64,000 nucleotides of DNA, taken from assembly GCA_947481575.1 (NCBI GenBank), contig CANKGV010000003.1, forward strand, positions 51,934-115,933, given 5' to 3'. The notes under the pieces were generated by a model that had not been told where the DNA came from, did not search any database, and saw only the letters and a list, made by a program, of their open reading frames with translations. The translations under genes and the position numbers were made by a program. Within the stretch, counting starts at the first letter, position 1. Each line of letters starts with the position of its first letter. Source of the stretch: Alphaproteobacteria bacterium (lineage in GTDB: Bacteria; Pseudomonadota; Alphaproteobacteria; UBA2966; CAIVPW01). Below are positions 57,749 through 64,000 of this stretch, piece by piece.

Positions 57749-58720
57749 ATGAAGATACTATTCATCACATCCAATCGGATCGGCGATGCCGTCTTGTCGA
57801 CGGGTCTGCTGAACCACGTCATCCGCGAGTATCCCGACTCGCGCATCACCCTGGCGTGCGGGCCCTTGGCGGCCCCGCTATTCGCCGAAACACCCAACAT
57901 CGACCGGATCATCGAACTGGTGAAGGGCACCGGCCATTGGCGCAAGCTGTGGCGCGAGACCTTTGGCACGCGGTGGGACCTGGTGGTCGATCTGCGGGCC
58001 TCGGCGTTCGTGTATTTCGTGCGCGCACGCAAACGCCGCACCTACCGCCCGTCGGATGAGCCGGTCCATCGCGTCGTGCAACTGTCGCGGTTCTATGGCT
58101 TGGCCGAGCCCGCCGCCCCCGGGTTGTGGTTCGGGCAAAAGCAGGTCGCGGCCGCGAAAGCGCTGATCCCGCCCGGCGATCCGGTGATCGCGCTCGCGCC
58201 TACCGCGAACTGGGCGGGCAAGCAGTGGCCGGCAGCGAAGTTCGCCGACATGGTGCTGCGTCTCACGGGCCCGCGCGGCATATTGGAAGGTGCCCGCGTC
58301 GCCGTGTTCGGTGCTGATGCGGAACGCAAAGTTGCCCTGCCGCTGCTTGAGCGCATCCGCAAGGATCACCGTATCGATCTCGTCGGCAAGGTCGATATCC
58401 TTACCGCTGCGGCGTGCCTGCAACAGTGCGCGCTGTTCATTGGCAATGACTCCGGCCTGATGCACCTGTCGGCCGCCGCCTACACCCCGACGCTGGGGTT
58501 GTTTGGGCCGAGCCGCGACGAACTGTACGCGCCGTGGGGCGCGCACTGCGCGGTGGTGCGCACCAAGGCGACCTACGACGAACTCAAGGCATCGCCCCAG
58601 TGGGCGCGCGGCGCCAGCTTGATGGGGTCCCTGTCGGTGGAAGCGGTGGAAGCCGCGGCCATCGACCTTTGGAACCGCTGTCATCCGCAGCAAGAGGTCG
58701 CCGAGGCGGCAGGGGCCTGA
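57749..58720 (+). CDS. family-9 glycosyltransferase (LPS heptosyltransferase-like)
   Basis: MKILFITSNRIGDAVLSTGLL N-terminus and GNDSGLMHLSAA motif. Confidence 0.75.
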   Translation: MKILFITSNRIGDAVLSTGLLNHVIREYPDSRITLACGPLAAPLFAETPNIDRIIELVKGTGHWRKLWRETFGTRWDLVVDLRASAFVYFVRARKRRTYRPSDEPVHRVVQLSRFYGLAEPAAPGLWFGQKQVAAAKALIPPGDPVIALAPTANWAGKQWPAAKFADMVLRLTGPRGILEGARVAVFGADAERKVALPLLERIRKDHRIDLVGKVDILTAAACLQQCALFIGNDSGLMHLSAAAYTPTLGLFGPSRDELYAPWGAHCAVVRTKATYDELKASPQWARGASLMGSLSVEAVEAAAIDLWNRCHPQQEVAEAAGA

Positions 58721-58752
58721 TCCCCGCCACCGGACGCGCTCACCAGCTTCCC

Positions 58753-59784
58753 GTGCGGGTACTGCAGGTAATGGCCGGGGCCGAAGCGGGCGGCGCCGAG
58801 ACCTTCTTTGTCGATCTCGTACTGGCGCTGCACCGCGCCGGTCTGGAGCAGCGGATCGTGATCCGCCGCAACTCGGCTCGTGCGGCAACGCTGGCCGCCG
58901 CGGGCCTCACCGTCGAACAGTTGCGGTTCGGCGGGCTGCTCGACTTCTCCACCCGCGGCGCGCTGGCGGCGATCGCGCGCGGCTTCCGTCCGGCGATTGT
59001 CCAATCGTGGATGACCCGCGCGGCGTCGTTCACCGGCAACGGCCCCTACGTCCGGGTCGGCTGGCTCGGCGGCTACTACCCGCCCAAAGGCTTCCGCGGC
59101 TCCGATCACGTCGTCGGCGTCACTGCCGACATTGCGCGGCACTTGGTTGAGGGTGGATTTCCGCCTGCGCGCACGCACTACTTGCCGACGTTCGCGGCGA
59201 TCGGTGCTGCGCCGGCAGTACCGCGGGCCAGCATCAATACTCCCGAGGGGGTGCCGCTGGTGCTGGCCTTGGGCCGTCTGCATCAGAAGAAAGGCTTCGA
59301 CATCCTGCTCGCGGCGCTCGCCCAGGTTCCGGGCGTGTGGCTGTGGCTGGCCGGCGAGGGCGAATTGCGCGGCACGTTGGAGGCGCAAGCTGCGCGCCTA
59401 AGGCTGTCGGATCGTGTCCGGTTCCTCGGCTGGCGCACCGATCGCGCGGCGCTGCTGGCCGCCTGCGACGTGTGCGTGATGCCGTCCCGCTACGAGCCGT
59501 TCGGCACCGTGATGATCGAGGCGTGGGCGGCGGGGCGCCCCCTGATCGCCGCCGCCGCGGCTGGGCCCAGGGGCTTGGTGCGCAACGAGGTCGACGCGCT
59601 GCTGGTACCGGTGGATGATGCGGCCGCGCTGGCCGCCGCCGTGCGGCGCGTGGTGACAGACCGTGGCCTTGCCGACCGACTCGCCAGCGCCGGCCGGGCG
59701 GTCTACGAACAGCGCTTTACCGAAGGGGCGATCGTGCGCCAGTACCTTGAGTTCTATCGCAGCATCGCATCGGGAGTGGCATGA
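58753..59784 (+). CDS. family-4 glycosyltransferase (LPS core-type); GTG 58753 start
   Basis: VRVLQVMAGAEAGGAETF GT4 N-terminus, EPFGTVMIEAWAAGRPLIA E-x7-E motif. Confidence 0.7.
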   Translation: MRVLQVMAGAEAGGAETFFVDLVLALHRAGLEQRIVIRRNSARAATLAAAGLTVEQLRFGGLLDFSTRGALAAIARGFRPAIVQSWMTRAASFTGNGPYVRVGWLGGYYPPKGFRGSDHVVGVTADIARHLVEGGFPPARTHYLPTFAAIGAAPAVPRASINTPEGVPLVLALGRLHQKKGFDILLAALAQVPGVWLWLAGEGELRGTLEAQAARLRLSDRVRFLGWRTDRAALLAACDVCVMPSRYEPFGTVMIEAWAAGRPLIAAAAAGPRGLVRNEVDALLVPVDDAAALAAAVRRVVTDRGLADRLASAGRAVYEQRFTEGAIVRQYLEFYRSIASGVA

Positions 59785-61115
59785 GCGAATCGTTCGATCT
59801 GGTCATCCGTGGCGGCGAGTGCGTCACTCCCGCCGGCGTTGAGCGCACCGACGTTGGCGTGCGGGCCGGGCGCATCGCGGCGATTGGCGACCTTGGCCGC
59901 GCACCCGCCGCTGCCGTGCTGGAAGCGGTGGGGCTGCACGTGTTGCCCGGCGCCATCGACACCCAAGTGCACTTCCGCGAGCCGGGCAACGAGCACAAAG
60001 AGAACCTCGACACCGGCACCCGCGCCGCGATCTTGGGCGGCATCACCGCGGTGTTCGAAATGCCGAACACCAGCCCGCCCACGACCACCGCAGCAGCTCT
60101 CAACGACAAGCTCGCCCGCGCCAGCGGCCGCGCCTGGTGCAACTACGCGTTCTATGCCGGCGCTACCGTGGACAACGCACCCACCCTGGCGGAGTTGGAG
60201 CGCACCCCCGGGTGTTGCGGGGTGAAGATCTTCATGGGGTCGTCCACCGGCAACCTGCTGGTGCCGGACGACGCCGCCGTCTTGTCGGTACTGCGCTCCG
60301 GCATGCGCCGCGTGGCGGTGCACTCGGAGGACGAAGAGCGTCTGCGCGAGCGCCGCGGCATTGCCGAGCGGGCCGGCGATCCCCACGCCCATCCGGAATG
60401 GCGCGACGTCGAAACAGCGCTGCGCGCAACTACGCGCCTGGTCGCCCTGGCGCGCCAAGCCGGCCGCCGCGTGCACGTGCTGCACGTAACTTCGGCGGAA
60501 GAGATCGCGTTTCTTGGCGCCAACAAGGACATCGCCAGCGTTGAAGTAACCCCGCAGCATCTCACGCTCGCTGCGCCCGATTGCTACGACCGCCTCGGCA
60601 CGTTGGCCCAAATGAACCCGCCGATCCGCGATGCACGCCATCGGGCAGCGCTGTGGGCTGGCGTCGCCAATGGCATCGTCGACGTGATTGGTTCCGATCA
60701 CGCCCCGCATACGCGCGAGGAAAAGGCGCGGCGCTATCCTGAGTCGCCGTCCGGCATGCCGGGGGTGCAGACCCTCTTGCCGCTCCTGCTCGACCACGCA
60801 GCCGCCGGGCGGCTGTCGCTGCTACGGGTCGTTGATCTGGTGGCGGGATCGCCGGCGCGGCTGTTCGGGCTGGCGGCAAAGGGCCGAATCGCGGTCGGCT
60901 ACGACGCCGACTTTTCGATCGTCGACTTGAAAGCCCGCCGCACCATTACCGACGCGTGGATCGCCAGCAAATGCGGCTGGACTCCGTTCAACGGCGACAC
61001 CGTTACCGGCTGGCCCAAAGCCACGGTTATTGCCGGAGTGCCGGTGATGCGGGACGACGAGGTTCTGGGCGCCCCGGCCGGCCAGCCGCTCCGCTTCTTT
61101 GAAGCGTGGAAATAA
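59781..61115 (+). CDS. cyclic amidohydrolase (dihydroorotase/allantoinase/dihydropyrimidinase family)
   Basis: ATGA overlap with upstream GT4; IDTQVHFREPG metal-binding HxH, VIGSDHAPH. Confidence 0.7.
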   Translation: MSESFDLVIRGGECVTPAGVERTDVGVRAGRIAAIGDLGRAPAAAVLEAVGLHVLPGAIDTQVHFREPGNEHKENLDTGTRAAILGGITAVFEMPNTSPPTTTAAALNDKLARASGRAWCNYAFYAGATVDNAPTLAELERTPGCCGVKIFMGSSTGNLLVPDDAAVLSVLRSGMRRVAVHSEDEERLRERRGIAERAGDPHAHPEWRDVETALRATTRLVALARQAGRRVHVLHVTSAEEIAFLGANKDIASVEVTPQHLTLAAPDCYDRLGTLAQMNPPIRDARHRAALWAGVANGIVDVIGSDHAPHTREEKARRYPESPSGMPGVQTLLPLLLDHAAAGRLSLLRVVDLVAGSPARLFGLAAKGRIAVGYDADFSIVDLKARRTITDAWIASKCGWTPFNGDTVTGWPKATVIAGVPVMRDDEVLGAPAGQPLRFFEAWK

Positions 61116-61212
61116 ATCGGGGCGCCGATCCTGGTGCCGGACAATGCCGAAGAGTAGTTTTGTGCCCGTGGTCCTCAATTCCCCAGTAGGACTAAAGAAC
61201 GAGGGCAAACTG

Positions 61213-61560
61213 ATGAAGTTCGAAACCCGTAAACTACGCGCGGCCGTGGCCGCCGTTGTCGTGACTGGTGTTGCGGCTGGTCTTGTGATGCCCACCGCTG
61301 CGTTTGCCGTTGCCGCCCCGCTTCCTGCCGGTGTGGCCATGCCGGACACGGAATTGCTTCAGGTTGCGGCGGTGATGGCCGATCCGAAGGTGAAGTCGGC
61401 GCAGATGGCGCTGATGACGCAGAAGTTCAACCCCGGCTCCACCGACGGCAAGATGGGCCCGAAGACGCGCGCCGCGGTCAAGGCGTTCCAGAAGGCGCAC
61501 AACATGGCGCAGACCGGCGAACTCGACGCCGCCACGCTCGGCGCGCTCGGCGTTCGCTAG
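61213..61560 (+). CDS. secreted peptidoglycan-binding-domain protein
   Basis: GAGGG SD; signal peptide; PG_binding_1-like GKMGPKTRAAVKAFQKAHNMAQTGELDAATLGAL. Confidence 0.55.
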   Translation: MKFETRKLRAAVAAVVVTGVAAGLVMPTAAFAVAAPLPAGVAMPDTELLQVAAVMADPKVKSAQMALMTQKFNPGSTDGKMGPKTRAAVKAFQKAHNMAQTGELDAATLGALGVR

Positions 61561-61576
61561 GTTCCGTTTGCTGGTA

Positions 61577-61606
61577 TGTGACCGAGTCCGGGGGGGGCTC
61601 GGTCAC
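61577..61606. terminator. strong hairpin between convergent genes (GTGACCGAGTCC-GGGGG-GGGCTCGGTCAC)
   Basis: 12-bp stem (incl. one G-U) with G5 loop, between PG-binding protein gene (+) and cysQ (-). Confidence 0.4.
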
Positions 61607-61638
61607 ACCTACCGCAGTGGGGAATACACCCCCCGCGC

Positions 61639-62418
61639 CTATCTTCCGCTTGCGCCCTTCGCGATGAAGCCGGGGTTCTTGAAGGCCGGCTTGGCGTAGC
61701 CCAAATCGGCGCCGTCACGGGTGACGACGCGGCCGCCGGCGGCAGACAGCACGGCGTGGCCCGCCGCAGTATCCCACTCGTTGGTGGTGCCGAAGCGCGG
61801 GTACAGGTCGGCTTCGCCCGCTGCAACAAGGCAAAACTTCAGCGAACTGCCGGCCGAGGTGATGCTCTTCACCGGGATGCCTGCCAGATATTCGTCGGTG
61901 TCGGGATCGCGGTGCGAGCGGCTAGCGACGACCACCATGCCGTCGGCAGCAGGGACTCGCGCCGTCACCTTGCGCTTCGGCGCTCCGCCTTCCTCGGCCC
62001 AGGCTACGTCGCCAGCAGTCCAGAACAGGCGGTTCACGGCGGGCGCGTAGACCGCACCCAGTACCGGCTTGCCCGCCACGACCAAGCCGACGTTCACGGT
62101 GAACTCGCCGTTGCGGCTCACGAATTCCTTGGTTCCGTCCAACGGGTCGACCAACCAGAACGGGCGCGAGCCCACGGAAGGGATCCGGCCCTTGGCCACG
62201 CTCTCTTCTGCTACCACCGGCAACTGCGGTGACAGGCGCTCCAACTCGCCGATGATGTACGCCTCGGCGGCCTCGTCGGCTGCGGTGACCGGCGAACGGT
62301 CGGCCTTGGCCTGCACCGCGAAGTCGCTGCGGTACACCTCCATGATCCGGTCGCCGGCGTCCAACACGATCTGACGAACGGCGATGGCAAAGGCGGCGAG
62401 GGGCAGGTCGGCGGTCAT
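61639..62418 (-). CDS. cysQ: 3'(2'),5'-bisphosphate nucleotidase (inositol monophosphatase family)
   Basis: Start reassigned to ATG 62418; FWLVDPLDGTKEF and WDTAAGHAVL motifs. Confidence 0.7.
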   Translation of the reverse strand: MTADLPLAAFAIAVRQIVLDAGDRIMEVYRSDFAVQAKADRSPVTAADEAAEAYIIGELERLSPQLPVVAEESVAKGRIPSVGSRPFWLVDPLDGTKEFVSRNGEFTVNVGLVVAGKPVLGAVYAPAVNRLFWTAGDVAWAEEGGAPKRKVTARVPAADGMVVVASRSHRDPDTDEYLAGIPVKSITSAGSSLKFCLVAAGEADLYPRFGTTNEWDTAAGHAVLSAAGGRVVTRDGADLGYAKPAFKNPGFIAKGASGR

Positions 62419-63299
62419 CGGCGGATCGGGCTCCGGGCCGCCCAGGGCGGCGCCAAACGGGGGCGGAGTGCAACACTCCGGCGCCACGCGGTCAACCCAG
62501 CGCCCCGTCTCCCGGACGCCGGACGGTTTGCGATGTTAGCGACCTTGCTTCCGCGCTCGCCGCGGCACGCGAGGGCAGGACCAACCGCCCAGCGGCGCCA
62601 AGGTCCGCGCGCTACTCGGCTTCGGCGCGCTTGCGGCCGGTGAACATCGCTTTGATCAGGTTTTCCCGGTGCGCCCAACTGCGCGAGCAGTACGCCGCCA
62701 ATGTGCAGCAGGGTCAGCCAGAACGTCACGTTGCCGATCAGCTGGTGTGCCTCTTCCATGAGAGTCGGCGCCCGGCGCTGAAATCCCTGACCCGGCGGCG
62801 CGCCGATAGCGCGAGGTGGCGCCGTGACGGCCGGCCGCTCAACTTGTTGAACCCACGACGATAACGGACCTTTGCCCTGGGTCTGGGCATATGCCCACAG
62901 CCCGGTGAAGCCGGTGGCGGCGATGCCGAAGATCAGGGTGAACACCATCGCCGCGCCCGCCGGGCTGTGTCCCAGGTAGCGCGGGGATTTGCGTTGCAGC
63001 AAGCCAACGAGATAGGGCCGCACGGCGAACGGCGAATAGACGAAGCTTCGGAAACGCGCGTGCGTGGTGCCAATGAAGCCCCACACGATGCGGAGTGCCA
63101 GCACCGCCCCGACGAGGTATCCGCCCCACGTGTGGATGAGGAGCAACGTCCCCTCCCGCCCGACGATGAAGTAGGCGGTAAAGAACCCCGCGACGATCAA
63201 CCAATGACCGATGCGCACGAACGGGTCCCATACCGTGACCTCTTGGGCGGCGGCGGCGGCGGCGGCACGGTTGGCGGCAGAGGCTGTCATGGCGTTCAT
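62415..63299 (-). CDS. cytochrome b561-family protein; 3' end uncertain (Arg/Ala/Gly-rich ~90-aa tail with no stop until 62415)
   Basis: WDPFVRIGHWLIVAGFFTAYF...HTWGGY...TFWLTLLHIGGVLL di-heme b561 pattern in first ~200 aa. Confidence 0.55.
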   Translation of the reverse strand: MNAMTASAANRAAAAAAAQEVTVWDPFVRIGHWLIVAGFFTAYFIVGREGTLLLIHTWGGYLVGAVLALRIVWGFIGTTHARFRSFVYSPFAVRPYLVGLLQRKSPRYLGHSPAGAAMVFTLIFGIAATGFTGLWAYAQTQGKGPLSSWVQQVERPAVTAPPRAIGAPPGQGFQRRAPTLMEEAHQLIGNVTFWLTLLHIGGVLLAQLGAPGKPDQSDVHRPQARRSRVARGPWRRWAVGPALACRGERGSKVANIANRPASGRRGAGLTAWRRSVALRPRLAPPWAARSPIRR

Positions 63300-63477
63300 C
63301 CAATCGCTGCGGGATCCACAAGTGCAACGGCGCGGCCAGTCGAGGCCATCGGGATTGGTGGGCCATCAAGAAATCAGCGCGTCGATATGCGGTCTGGCGC
63401 GGCCGCTCCGCAAGGGTATAGCATTACTTGATTTGTTTTTTGATCTCACCGACTAGCACCGCAGGGAGGGAAACATG

Positions 63478-64000
63478 AGGTTTGCCAATTCCTTATTGAG
63501 CGCCGTCATGGTTATGGGCGGCGTTGCCGGGTTTGGATTGGGAGCCGATGCGGCTCCGACTACACCGGATCGGCTTAAGAACGCTGTCAATGAGCCGCAA
63601 AACTGGCTGATGGCACACGAGAATTACAACTCGTGGCGGTATTCGAAGCTCACTCAAATTAACAAGAGCAACGTTGCCAACTTGCACGTCGTGTACATGG
63701 CGGCAATTGGCGGCGGCGCAACTTCGAACCTCGCCGGGCGGCCGAACAACAACGAGCAGGCCGCGCCGCTGGTCGAAGACGGAATGATGTACGTCGTCGA
63801 CTCGGCCAACAAGATCATGAAGTTCGATGTGCGCAGCGGCGATCGCGCCGTGCCGCTATGGCGGTACGACCCGAAAGTCGAAAACGTTCAGAACACGCTG
63901 GGCATCGCCCTGTGGCAAGACACCGTGGTGATGGCGGCGCGCGACGCTCGCATCATGGCGATCGGCAAAGACACGGGCGAGGTCGTTTGGGAGGCAAACG
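63478..64000 (+). CDS. PQQ-dependent dehydrogenase (methanol/ethanol family), N-terminal part; continues beyond window
   Basis: Signal peptide then NWLMAHENYNSWRYSKLTQIN and PLVEDGMMYVV propeller-blade motifs; ~57% GC vs ~68% window average. Confidence 0.7.

Noticed and set aside
1-64000. Search for CRISPR repeats, transposase/integrase/recombinase genes, toxin-antitoxin pairs, additional tRNA/rRNA, 4.5S/tmRNA-like sequences
   Set aside because: No direct-repeat arrays, no DDE/tyrosine-recombinase motifs and no further GGTTCGAATCC-type T-arms were seen; only one tRNA (Pro-CGG) found

Overview
High-GC (~68%) chromosomal segment, most likely from an alphaproteobacterium (Acetobacteraceae/Rhodospirillales-like gene content and synteny: xseB-ispA-dxs-tlyA, glyQS-ppdK, ispB-DUF2007, fused cysNC). 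Coding density is high, and many adjacent genes are translationally coupled by 1-4 nt stop/start overlaps. Besides housekeeping genes, the window holds two accessory glycan loci. Locus 1 (1-12.7 kb, mostly minus strand) links CDP-3,6-dideoxyhexose genes (ddhC'-ddhB-ddhA), PAPS synthesis (cysD-cysNC), a YjbH-family outer-membrane protein, a giant multi-SLBB Wza-like exporter, a divergent YjbF-like lipoprotein gene and a YjbE-like low-complexity secreted protein gene. This reads as a rearranged group-4-capsule (yjbEFGH)-like system that may export a sulfated, dideoxyhexose-containing polysaccharide. Locus 2 (32.6-44.2 kb) is two divergent, tightly coupled operons. The minus-strand operon is GT4 - GT2 (polyprenyl-P sugar synthase-like) - AsnB-like amidotransferase - GT-C membrane protein - SGNH hydrolase. 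The plus-strand operon is methyltransferase - membrane fatty-acid-desaturase-family protein - methyltransferase - methyltransferase - ArnT/PMT-like GT-C. It is followed by an OMP beta-barrel gene and tRNA-Pro(CGG). Other points: an AT-rich intergenic island with a perfect 17-bp palindrome upstream of two tandem DUF1344 secreted-protein paralogs; kefGC; an LPS-core-like GT9/GT4 pair; cysQ; and a 3'-truncated PQQ-dependent dehydrogenase gene with lower GC. No CRISPR array, transposase or integrase was found. All functional calls rest on sequence motifs recognised by eye, not on database searches.
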